From the human T2T-CHM13v2.0 reference genome, Homo sapiens, in NCBI RefSeq assembly GCF_009914755.1, contig NC_060936.1: DNA of 64,000 nucleotides; one strand, given 5' to 3'. The position numbers and the translations under genes were made by a program. This document shows, piece after piece, positions 16,481-28,680 of this stretch. The notes beneath the pieces are model-generated. The model was not told the DNA's origin and made no database searches. It saw only the letters and a program-made list of their open reading frames with translations. The first letter of the stretch is position 1, and each line of letters begins with the position of its first letter.

Positions 16481-19147
16481 TTAAACATTTTTAATAATTG
16501 CAAAAAAAAAAAAAAAAGAACAAGGTAACCTCAAAAATTATTCTTAAACCTTCAGAAAGATCTCATAATAATTGTATGGTATCATGAAAACTGTCCCTTT
16601 GGCTTGGCTGTCATTTGCTTCAAATAATGCCTGAGCCACGGGAAAACTATTTTAACACTCTGAGAAGATTAAATAGTTAATCCATTGGGAAACCAAGTTG
16701 AATCCACAAATCCCCTTTCCAAAGAGAAGCAGTGAAAATAACAACAACTTTGTTTTATTTTGAATAAAATTGTTCTAATGATATACAGCAAACAAATACT
16801 ATCATCTGCCATGCATTTTTATTGATATGTTTTTCTTCCTAATCTGAAACTCAGATTATGTCAGGCCACATGTGATTTTGACAGAAAGCAACTATTTATA
16901 AGTCCGAGACTCATCTTTGAGCTGTAACATGTCTTGGGGAAAAACACTTAAAACAATGCATATTCCAAGTCAATTTATTTGAGGAGAAATTGATGAGAAT
17001 TGGAAGATTGGGCATATTATAGTATTAACTGCTACGATCATTTCTGCTTTCATGGTTTCACTAAACTGGAATTTCTAGTGCATCATTCACTACCCCATAA
17101 TTAGGCATCAAAATATTAACCAATTAGCAGGTAAGATGGCAAGAGCTCAAGGGGTAGTAATAATTAGACCTGAAACCTGAAGTTCCATTGAGTCCCAAAT
17201 AACAAACAGGTCCACTACTTAATAAACCATATCTGAAGAATGACTATCAACCCACATTTTGTAAATGAAATTATTTCATTGACTTTCTACTTGCATTATC
17301 TGCTGGCTTTTCAGTCTACTCTCTTTCATTTCCATTACTCCTCATCCAAATACAAAGACATATAAGTAGGGCATGATATAAGGAATATCCTCCTAATGCA
17401 TTGGCATTTTGTATCATTGTCTGTGAGAAATGTATGAACTAAAAAACGTCATTGAGAAAAATAAGAGAGAAACAAAAACTCAAATCTAACAATTATCTTT
17501 CATTTCTGGTATGTGCTATTGATTCTGTTGTGTGTTCATTCCCACATATTTCGTGTGTTTAAAAAGCATTGTACTGCTAGATCTAAGCTCCATGAAAGCA
17601 AGGACAACATACGTCACGTGTGTTGTGGTAGGAAAGTGTCTGGCATGTAATAGGCACTTAAAGATTTGTTGTATTAAGGATGAAAGGAATAAATAACCAA
17701 ACACCAAATAACCATCTATTTCCATAAAATAAATGTTTCTCAGAGGTCTTACTCATTTGCTTCCATATTTTTTGAACATTAAACTGTTTCGAATAATTTA
17801 CCTCACATGTATATCTAGAGTTTCAACTTAAAAGATCCTTATTACATTGAAATTATTAAGTAAAATTTTTTAAAACATTTGGAAGTATGTTTCAGAGCAC
17901 AGCAATAGATATCAGAAACCTGAGTTTGAGTTCCAATTCTGTTACTTAGTGGTGAATAAACCTTGAGACACATTTTTCTCCTCTGTAAAACAGAGATAAT
18001 AATAGCTGCCCAGGCTATCTGATAGGATTTTAATGTAGAGCCAATAAAATATTATTCATTTGTATTATAACCAGAATGGGACAAAGAGACCATTACAGCC
18101 TACATGTTTATTCTTCAGTAATAAGGATACCTAAAGAAATTATATTATTAGGAAAGTCAAGTTTGAAATATTAAAATAGTTCCTTCCAGTTAATATAGAG
18201 GCATCATTAGTGCCTGCAGTTTGACTAACAACAACTAAAATCATATTTAACAGACTGCACATGAAAAGTTCTTACAACTCTTAATATCTTTAGGTTGACA
18301 AACCAGCATTGGGAAAAAGAAAAGTATAGTGAGCTCACATTGCAAATAAGTGCCAGTGAAAGACCTAAAACTGAGCTTCTGAATGTCCAAATAGCCCCTA
18401 AGCCTGCTGAGCAATGCCACTCCTTAAATTGCTTTGGTAAGGTGAAAACCTAGCAAACTGAAACATAAATTAGACCACATTACACACTAATCCAAACTCA
18501 CTGTCAAGGATAGGTACAGTTCTCTGATAAAGCCAGGCAAGGAAATTTTAGTTTCTATATACAGAGAATAACATAAAAACACAAAGGTCCTTTCTGTATC
18601 TCCCATTTTCACCAAACTCTTGACATATTTTGCAAACTAAAGTTCTTGGAAAGGAAAAACATTTCAAAGTTATCGTGTCAGAAGAGATAAGGAAGAGAAA
18701 GGAACACATCCTCTCATAATGTATTAGATTTAGAATGTGAAATGTTTGACTTTATCTTTTTGAGTTAACTGTTTGGTTCAATTCAGTATACTTAGATAAT
18801 AAGAATAGATTCTACATTGTACTTTATTGTTCATTTTTGTTGGCGACATCTATCTAAGCCATCCATTCAACTTACCACATTTCCTAGGAAAACAGCTACC
18901 TGATTATTGAGTCAAAATCCATACCTTCCTACACCCATGCACTCAGAGGAAAAAAAGTGTTGCTGTTGAATCACATCTTACATCTTACATGTATATATAT
19001 ACTTGTGTGCGTACATGCATATCCACTCTAAAACCAGATACCCAATATTTTAGTATTTTCTTAATCGAAGGATGTGATTAGTCCATGATGGGGTGTCTGT
19101 GAAAAGTTTTATTCTAAATGTATTCCTCACATTTTTAAGTTATAGTG

Positions 19148-19572
19148 CAGTGGTATCCAATGGACACATACAATGTGAAAGTTAATTTTAATTATATTTT
19201 ATTTAACTCAATGTAAGCAAAGTATTATCATTTCAACATACAGTCAATATAAGAATTGAAATATTTACATTCGTTTCTTCAGAGTAAGCCTTTGAAAGCC
19301 AATGTATATCTATTACACTTACAGTTCTAGTCAATACGTACACTAAATTTTCATCAGAAATACTTGTATCACTACTTCGATTTCAAAACTTTACAGCTGA
19401 AAAAGTAGATCCAAGTTGTTCAAAACATACTTAAAAGTTTATGATAACTGGATGAAGGACCAGTTTTTAAATTTAAATTTTAACTCATTTAAATTAAATT
19501 AAAAATTTAGTTCCTCATTAGCATTAATCATAATTCAAGCGCTTAATAGCCACATGGGGTTGGATAGCAAGG
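19148..19572 (+). mobile_element. hAT-Charlie family element (MER33/Charlie4a-like)
   Basis: cagtggtatccaat start, gccacatg...ttggatagca end, AT-rich interior. Confidence 0.6.
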
Positions 19573-20149
19573 GCTGTTATCCAAATCCATATCTATCTCA
19601 CTGAAAGAAACCCCACAGAACATCTCAAATATACTGTAAAAAGGTATTTTTGGAAATTGAATAAAAATTGTTCTCCCTAAATGAGAATCTTTCTGTTTAA
19701 CATCTTTCTCCCAAAGCCTTAAATGACCCATTTCCTTATCTTGAGAAATCTACAATAGAGTCATCAGCTTTAACATACTAATAAACCTCTAATAAAACAT
19801 AAGCACCTCTAGGATGCATTTCCACAATTATATTATTCATTAAAGGAAAAAAAGCAGGTCAAATGCTTTTGATTTTGTATATAGACACACGATTTTGTAT
19901 TGATTTATTTATTCTGCTGAGGAACCCTTCTCAAACTGAAGGGTAGGGTAACAGGAAGCTGGAAAGATTAAATAATTTGAGGAAATATTTTAGTAAGTTC
20001 AGGTCCTGTCTTAGTTCTATCTTTTCTAGCAATATCAAAATATGAATAACCTGTGAAAGCCACTCATTTGTAAATGAACTAATACAAAATCAAGAACAGG
20101 CAACTGACCCAAAGCTAAGTGAAACTTTGCAAAGCCATGTTCTTGCCTC

Positions 20150-20410
20150 TCACTTCCGCAGGGTTAATGGTTAAGAACTTGGGCTACTGAGTCAAGCTAT
20201 CTGGGTTGGAACCCTGGCTCTCTCATTTGTTACCAATTTAACTTTGGATGGTTTACTTAATCTTTCTGTGCCTCATCTGTAAATGGCCATAATAACAGGA
20301 CCTAAGTCACAGATTGTTATGAGGAATAAATAAGACTTTACATGAGATAAAACATCTTAACACAGCACTAATCCCGGCACACAGTATAAGTCAAACAATT
20401 ATCACTACTT
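20150..20410 (+). mobile_element. MIR
   Basis: ctgggttggaaccctggctc...ttacttaatctttctgtgcctc core. Confidence 0.75.
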
Positions 20411-20609
20411 TTAGCCCAGAAATCAGGATAACAGAGACGGGTATATATCTTCAATAAATAATGGTTATAAATGAACAATATAAGTCCAAACACTTTATAA
20501 ATACTAAAGTGCTATATGAGTATAAGCTATTTTTATCCTATATAAAGTAAGTTTACAAGGTAGCTCTGTTCAGAGAACAATGTATTTAATGAAAGAAATC
20601 CCCGATTTA

Positions 20610-20945
20610 TCCAGGCGCAGTGGCTAATGCCTGTAATCCCAGCAATTTGGGAGGGACGGCTTGAGCCCAGGAGTACAAGACCACTCTGGGAAACATAGGG
20701 AGGCCCCATATCTACAAAAATGTATAAAAATTAGCCAAGCAGTGTGGCACATGCCTGTGATCTCAGCTACTCAGCAGGCTGAGATTAGAGGATTGCTTGA
20801 GCCCATGAGGTTGAGGCTGCAGTGAGCTATGATGGCACCACGACACTCTAGCCTGGGTGACACAGCAAAACCCTATCTCAAAAAAAAGAAAGAAGAAAGG
20901 AAAGAAGAGAGAAAGAGAAAGGAAAGAAGGAAGGAAGGAAGGAAT
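20610..20945 (+). mobile_element. AluJ element with left-arm deletion and GA-rich tail
   Basis: J-type ttgagcccaggag / gaggctgcagtgagctatgat; tail decays into (GGAA)n. Confidence 0.85.
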
Positions 20946-21522
20946 CCTGAATTCAACAAATTGAATCTTTACAATATGGCTTACTAAGTTATGTTGAAGT
21001 TTTTATAAAGCCTTTCCCCAAAAATCAAACCCACATTCATTCACCTAAAAAGTCCTAACATACACACCAAAACAAAATACAAGTTATTTATCAGTCAGCA
21101 TCACTTTAGGGTCATCCATGGCTCTACAGGCAAAGAAGCATCGGATTTAACAGAATGGTCAACAAACTGCCTTGTGATAGTCTAGAGAATTCACATATAA
21201 AAATCTCAAACGTCTAAAAACAGACAAATTGTCTGTTTTCAGTAATATTTTATGCACCTTCTTCACTTTCCTTGATCAGATCTCCTAACAAAATTGCCTC
21301 TTATTGGGTTTTCTGTCTTTTTCCTTCCCCTTTCTCCACCCTGGTGCAGTCATTAACTGGTATTAAAGGGCCAAAAGAGAGGTAGTAGCAGTGAATAGGA
21401 GAAACAGACTAATCTAACAATTGGATAAGTAGCCCTAGAATAACGAAGAAGGCCTAATTAAAACTTCAAAAGCCTTATAACAGGTGATTCTAACCAGTCA
21501 TAAAACTGTCACCTCCCTGGGT

Positions 21523-21525
<3 letters not shown>

Positions 21526-21566
<41 letters not shown>
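21526..21566. repeat. A41 mononucleotide run without a recognisable element body
   Basis: 41 consecutive A counted directly. Confidence 0.9.
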
Positions 21567-21567
<1 letters not shown>

Positions 21568-22812
21568 ACTTAAAAACTCATTTTATTATTTAAGTTAATT
21601 AAAGATACAAAGTATACGAAACAGCCATTACTATGCCTGACCCAAGATGTGTCACTAAAATAGTAACTATAGAAATGTTTAGAGGGGAGAATTTTTAGAA
21701 TAATTTTCTGGAAAGACTACAAGACTGGGAGATTGTTAATAGTTCCTAATTCCTTGGAGTGTAGATTATTTTTATAATCCTTAAAGCATAAATAAGGAGA
21801 AGTGAATTAACAGTAGACTCTCAGAGCTGTGAAAGCCACGCACTTACTCTAGGATGAATGCTTCATTAATTTTTCACACAGTGTGATGATGTTGCAATTT
21901 TCCATGAGCAACTATCAGAGCTTTCCTTCTTGATAAGTATCAAAACAGCCGAAATTACATCGAATACTCGTGCCTGTCATTGGCCGAAATATAATTTCAA
22001 TACTAGGATGTACCTAGTATTTCCAGACTCACACCCTGGCCTGGGTAACGTTACGATTACATTGTATCCACCCTGCCTAATGTCAGTATGTTTCACACAG
22101 TCACCCATTTCACCCTTCCTCTGGCTAAAGCGTTTTCCTCCTTCTGTAGACCTCTCCCCAGTGGATTTTACCTTAAATTCCACTCCCATTCCAACACCCA
22201 AGAGGCTAGATCTGTCTCCTCTACCCACACGCGGGGGCATGTCTAGATCCCCGTGATGCTGAAAAAGATGTCTCATTTGCACAGACATCAGAACCCGAGT
22301 GGGCGCGCGGCGGGCCCTGCGGTCGCCGGCGCTGATAGTCAGATGCTTTGTCTCCTGCCTGGGAAGGCCGGAGCTGCATGGACACGTATGACAGACATTC
22401 TAGAACTAATAAAAAAGAACACCACAGCCCCGCGCACAGGCAGCTCCTCCCGGACAGGCGATAGCCCAAGGCGGCCAGACCTGAGGTGACTGATCCCGCG
22501 AGGGGACGGAGGGGAGTGACGAGGGCTTTTCCCCCAGAGAAGTCAAGACGCCCCCCAGGGACCCGGCGCCGCGCAGCCGCCAGCCACCTGCAAACACAGA
22601 CGGCGTGAGGGCGGCGCAGTCGCCCTGCCAGCACCCGGCCGCGCGTGCCAGGCCAGCGGGGACTCACTGCCTCAGTTTCCTCAGCCGCAGAACCCGGCCG
22701 GGACGCCCCTCAGGTCGCTCCACCCCGGTAGCCGGTGCTCCGCGCCACAGCCAGGTCCTTGCCGCGCCCTCAACCCGCCGCCCGCCGCCCGCCGCCGGCA
22801 GACTGTCCTCAC

Positions 22813-22856
22813 CTGACAGCCACCCGCACGGAGCTCTCGTCCGGGGCGCCCAACAT
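22813..22856 (-). CDS. KIF21A: Kinesin-like protein KIF21A, coding exon 1 (MLGAPDESSVRVAVR, phase-2 donor)
   Basis: Minus strand reads gccagcATGTTGGGCGCCCCGGACGAGAGCTCCGTGCGGGTGGCTGTCAG|gtgagg; the peptide is the recalled KIF21A N-terminus including the kinesin motor first strand VRVAVR. The rest of the gene lies beyond the left window edge, so 1-22812 is intron 1. Confidence 0.96.
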
Positions 22857-22971
22857 GCTGGCGGCGGGCAGCGATCGAGCCGTTGGGCCTCGGCACCGCA
22901 GAGCTGAGGCGCCACTGGGGCCGCGGGACTCGGGCGCAGTAGGCTGGGGCGTCTGCGGGCGGGCGGCCGGC

Positions 22972-22995
22972 TCACCTCCGCCGCGCTCCAGCCAT
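22972..22995 (-). other. uORF MAGARRR* in the KIF21A 5' leader; its stop overlaps a 5' splice site GAG|GTGAGC
   Basis: caacATGGCTGGAGCGCGGCGGAGGTGA read directly; Kozak -3A/+4G; out of frame with the main ATG (139 nt upstream). Inclusion in the mRNA depends on TSS position. Confidence 0.7.
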
Positions 22996-24669
22996 GTTGG
23001 GCGACTGAATGGAAAGGTGGCGGCGGCGCTGAGGCAGCAAGAGGAGGAGGTGATTCACGGCTCGCGGGCGCCCGCCCCTTCTCCACCGCTCACCCCCCAG
23101 GATCTGGGGCGGGGACAAAGCGCGCTTGAACGGCGAGCGCGCCTGTGGAGAAGCCAACAGGCCGCCAGCGGCCTCAGGGCGGCCGGGTGAGTGCGCCCTG
23201 CCCCCTCCGGTGGGGACGCGGCCTCCCAGCGGCCAGGCTGGGGACTCCACGCCCGCCAGGGCGCTCCGGGCTCCTCGCCCCGCACTGCGTCAGCCGCCGC
23301 CGCGCGGCTCAGCCCCACCTCGCCCTCCCCCAGCCTGCGCCCCGCCCTGCCCTCGTCGGGACACTGCCTGGCGCTGCTGGGCAGGGAGGCGAGGGGGAGG
23401 GATGCCTGCCGCCGGCTGCCCTCGCCCGAGGGCGACCAGCCTGTGCGCCCTTCCAGGCTCTTCTGGGAGAAGGAAGCAGCTAGTGCACGCGCTGCTGCCA
23501 GGTCCCTTCTCAAATCGAAGCTTGATTCAGCGGCGCGCCGGGAGCCAGGCAGCTGCTGCTGCGGTTCGGCTTTGTGTCCCACGCATAGCCTTATTGTCCT
23601 CTCTGCAGCTTGGACTTTGACCCCCTTCCCTAGCCCCCAGCTGAACGCCCTCCCTCCTCCCTCCCCGGAGTCAGTCATTCATGCTAAACGGACTCCCAGG
23701 TTTGTCCACTGTCTCTGGACAGCTGGGCTGTTCTACAGTTCATCGCCCGTTTACCAGCTCGGGTGGGATATGGAAATGATTTATTCGAGACTCCTGAATG
23801 CTTTTCTGTTCAATCATTTGTACACTGGTAAATGAACTGCACCCTGGTACTGCCAAGTGTTCCCAGAACTGAATATATCCACCAAGACCTGCTGTGTAGT
23901 AAATCCTTCCAAACTGATTTTCTTTCCCTTCTGGCCTTTAAAAAGCACCTCCCAATCCCAGGATTCTCTCAACATTGACCCATTGTGGTTTCTGTTTGTC
24001 ACTATTGTGCTTCCACATGCCTTCAGATAGCTCTGTGGAAACAGCCTTTATTAGCTTTGCCACAGAGTATCTTTTGTGGACTGCTCCATACATCTCTATA
24101 AACAAACATGTGGCTTCATACGAAATAGTATCACAAATTAAATGGCACTATCCAAATAAAGGCACTACCTCAAATGCCTGCAATCTACAATCACATACCT
24201 AATCATCTTGTTCAGCAGTGATACAGCAGTGTGGCTCAGAGAAGGCTGCAACACTATGGGAAAAACAAGAAGTGTTTGATGATTTAAACCCATGGGAAGG
24301 CCGATGGGGTATATAATTATAGATAGTTTTAAATTTATTCTGTCCCTTAATCTCACTACCCCTAAATCTTAACAGACATGTAACTGGGAGGTAAAGAGGG
24401 CAGAGATGCTGAGTATCCTTCTATAGATCAAATTGGTGGGAAAGCTCTCCTCTGGCTACTCTTTGGAGGGCCTTTCCTAGCCTCAAAATTTATCCATCAA
24501 CAAATCAGAGCTGCATTTCACCCTGCCCTGGCAAGCCCATATCTGGGTGGATCTGGGCTGGCCACCTTGCTTCTTTTGTTGATGAAAGCTGCAAGGAAAG
24601 CAAGAATGGCCCAGCACATTTAACAAGAAAACTAAAGAGAAATTTGTATAATTAAGACCCTCTTTTTAA

Positions 24670-25279
<610 letters not shown>

Positions 25280-25906
25280 AAAAAAAGTTCTCATTTTAAA
25301 TAACAATAGTATACATATATGTCTCAGTAAGGGGAGTCACAAACACAAATGCCTACAGGAGCCAGGCAGGTAGCTCAAAAGAGCAGAGCAAGATGAATAC
25401 TATGATAAAGGTGAGGACTATCATAAAATAGAGACACAGGCCCCTTCCAAAGGTGGTGGCCATCCTCAGCTCTGGCTGAATATTGCCTTGATGAAATGCA
25501 AATCCAATGCTGCCAAGATTTTTATTTCTTGTATGTATGTTGCTTCTCAAGAAAAAGAGAAAAACAGATCTTTATGAAAAAACTCCTTAGTTTTAAACAC
25601 CAACGACTAATTCAGCACAATATTTACATATGCTGCAAACCAGACAAAATATGTCTCAGGCCAACTTTAGTCCCAAGACACCAGGCTGGAACTTCTGGAC
25701 AAAATATTAGCACCAATAACAGCTGTGGCTTTGGGTTCATATTGCACATGGTTTCAGGAAGAGGCAGTGTAGAAATTCAAATTCTCATTAATGACCTAGT
25801 CAGTAATTTTTCCCCAAATTTCTAAAGTTGTAAAATTAACATACTATTTTGTATTTAGTTCCAATTCATTTACAGCTGCTATAACACCTTTCCTTATGAC
25901 TCCTCT

Positions 25907-26231
25907 TTTTTTTTTTTTTTTCTGAGACGGAGTCTCGCTCTGGAGTCTCGCTCTGGAGTCTCACTCTTTCGCCCAGGCTGGAGTGCAGTGGCACCAACTC
26001 GGCTCACTGAAAGCTCTGCCTCCTGGGTTCACGCCATTCTCCTGCCTCAGCCTCCCGAGTAGCTGGGACTACAGGCACCTGCTACCACGCCTGGCTTAAC
26101 TTTTTGTATTTTTAGTAGAGACGGGGTTTCACCATGTTGGCCAGGATGGTCTCGATCTCTTGACCTCGTGATCCACCCGCCTCGGCCTCCCAAAGTGCTG
26201 GGATTACAGGCGTGAGTGACCGCGCCTGGCC
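25907..26231 (-). mobile_element. AluY-like element with internal 13-bp triplication
   Basis: Y-type aagctc..gggttcacgccattc and ggatggtctcgatct; TSD atgactcctct. Confidence 0.92.
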
Positions 26232-26590
26232 ATGACTCCTCTAAATAATCTTAATTTCTTAATTTCAAGAAAGTTCCAAGGGAAGAGCTTTTACTGCAAG
26301 AGTGGTTTAAGTCTTATTCCAATCATTGACTCAATAAATATTTTAAGTGATTATATGCAAACAAAGTGAGGGACAACAGTGATTTAGAGAAGAATAAGAC
26401 AATGTCAGTGCTTACAAGGAGTTTACTGTCTAGCACAGGAAGATATGTTTGAAAATACTAAATGGAATAACAGAAATTACGAGAGAAATACGATGAATTT
26501 TACCTGGACGGGTAAGGAATTCTTCAGATATAAACTGCACAGGATGGTCTCCCTGAGTCCACTCTTGCCTTCATATTGCAGGAATAATGT

Positions 26591-26915
26591 TTTTGTTGGT
26601 TTTTTTTTTTTTCTTGAGACAGAGTCTCACTGTTGCCCAGGCTGAAATACAGTGGGGCAATCTTGGCTCACTGCAACCTCTGCCTCCTGGGTTCAAATGA
26701 TTCTCCTGCGTCCAAATGATTCTCCTGCGTCAGCCTCCTGAGTAGCTGAGATTACAGGCACCCACCACCATGCCTGGCTAATTTTTGTATTTTTAGTAGA
26801 GACGAGGTTTCGCCATGTTGGTCAGGCTGGTCTCGAACTCCTGACCTCAGGTGATCCGCCTGCCTTGGCCTCTCAAAGTGCTGTGATTACAGGTGTGAGA
26901 CACTGTGCCTGGCCA
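26591..26915 (-). mobile_element. AluSx-like element with internal 19-bp duplication, inside an L2
   Basis: TSD gaataatgt; caaatgattctcctgcgtc twice. Confidence 0.92.
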
Positions 26916-27784
26916 GAATAATGTCCTTTTAAACATAAGTCATTTATGTCATTTCTCTGCCTGAAACCTTCCAATGGCTACTAACACAAATAGAATAAAT
27001 TATTCTACACTTTAAGACCTTCACACACTGTCCCTGCCCCAACTCTGACCTCACCTTTTGCCACTCTATACCTTAACAACTACTTTTTGGTGAGACTGGT
27101 TTTCTTTCTATTTCTGGAACTCATAAAGTTCTTTCCTGCCTGAGGGTCTTTGCACTAGCTATACCCTCTCCCTGGAATGTTCTTTCCCCAGACCTTCCCA
27201 TCGTTGGCTTTTTTTTTTTTAATTTCTAGGTTATCAGTTTAAATGCTGTCTTCTCAAAGAGGCCTCTCTTGATCACCCAGTCTAAAATAGCACCCCCACA
27301 AAGACCAGCTACCTGATTTGCACAACCCGGTACAAAATGAAGATGTGAGGGATCTTGTAAGAAAAGGAAGATAAAAATGATATGAAAGGTACGAAAATAG
27401 AAAGTTTTTCCCCTTCCTTTAAGCTCTCTTGTGTCACGGTGTTTTTTATTTGCTATTTAATGTCATTCTCCAGAAAGAAAAGTTAAAGTTTTAGATATTT
27501 CCATGACTTTCTCCATTCATCTTTATAGTGTACAATGCTGGTTTTAAGTATCAACAGAAGAGCATTTAACTCTTACATGGGATTATAAAAATTATACAAC
27601 TTATTTCATAATTCATACATGCATTTTATTCTTAACAGTAGAAACACTGCACAAAACTAACTCAACTGTTTTTATTTCATACACACATATGCTAATAACA
27701 TTTCCTACCTTTGACTTACAGATTAATAAGGAAGAACTGAAAAGAAAGGAAACTACTCTGTCCCGTCTTTACCTTTCCTTTTAC

Positions 27785-28134
27785 TGACATGGTTTGGCTC
27801 TGTGTGCCCACCCAAATCTCACCTTGTTTGTGATAATCCCCATGCATCAAAGGACAGGACCAGGTGGAGATAGTTGAATTGCAGGGGCAGTTTCCACCAT
27901 GCTGTTCTGATAGTGAGTGAGTTCTCATGAGATCTGATGGTTCTGTAAGGGGCTTATCCCTTCACTTGGCACTCATTCTCTCTCTTGCTACCCTGTGATG
28001 AGGTGCCTTCCACCATGATTTTAAGTTTCCTGAGGCCTCACCAACCATGCAAACCTGTGAGTCAAACCTCTTTCCTTTGTAAACTACCCAGTCTTTGGTA
28101 TTTCTTGATAGCAGCATAATAAGGGACTAATACA
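27785..28134 (+). mobile_element. THE1 (MaLR) solo LTR
   Basis: tgacatggtttggctctgtg...ggactaataca. Confidence 0.9.
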
Positions 28135-28256
28135 TTACATCATCACTTTTGGAGTTAATGGCTGGCTGCTACAAGAATTAATGAAAGAAGAAAAGAATAA
28201 GACTGGGTTCTTTGGTCATCTTTCAGAATGTCATTGCCTTCTTTTTGCATTGGAAG

Positions 28257-28680
28257 TGTTAAAGTAAACTATGGCCTGAGAAGGACTCTGTACTTCTATA
28301 TTTGAGTCCTTGTGGATGAACTGTAACCTAGCTTAATAGACAAAATTGAAAACCTAACTTGGTAGCATGTACCTGTAATAATAGCTGAGTGTTGGCCAAT
28401 CCCAGCAGCCATACTTCAACCACTCATAGACTGCAGAATGTGCAAACTGCATTCAAATAAGGCAAACACCGAGTAGTAACCCATTTCACTGTTTCTGTAC
28501 CTCACTTCCGATCCCTGTACATCACTTTACCTTTTTTGTCTATAAATTTGTTCTGAACACGAGGCACCCCTGGAGTCTCTATTAATCTGCTGTGATTCTG
28601 GGGGCTGCTCGATTCGCAAATTGTTCAATGCCCAATTAAACTCCTTTAAATTTAATTCGGCTGAAGTTTTTCTTTCATCA
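28257..28680 (+). mobile_element. ERV1 solo LTR (MER57A-like)
   Basis: TG...CA ends, 4-bp TSD gaag, CCAAT box, TATAAA (~28542), attaaa polyA signal. Confidence 0.8.

Larger units (their letters stand above)
22230..23600. promoter_or_regulatory. KIF21A: CpG-island promoter of KIF21A
   Basis: Abrupt GC- and CpG-rich island in AT-rich DNA containing exon 1; GC boxes cccgcccc (~23071) and ggggcgggg (~23106); Inr-like TCAGT on the minus strand at 23008-23004. Confidence 0.93.

Noticed and set aside
22441-22460. REST/RE1-like cagctcc..ggacag
   Set aside because: Left half mismatched and spacer non-canonical
22221-23835. Many 70-214 aa ORFs on both strands in the CpG island
   Set aside because: Expected from stop-codon scarcity in GC-rich DNA; low-complexity P/A/R/G peptides. 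The real coding piece is the 44-nt KIF21A exon
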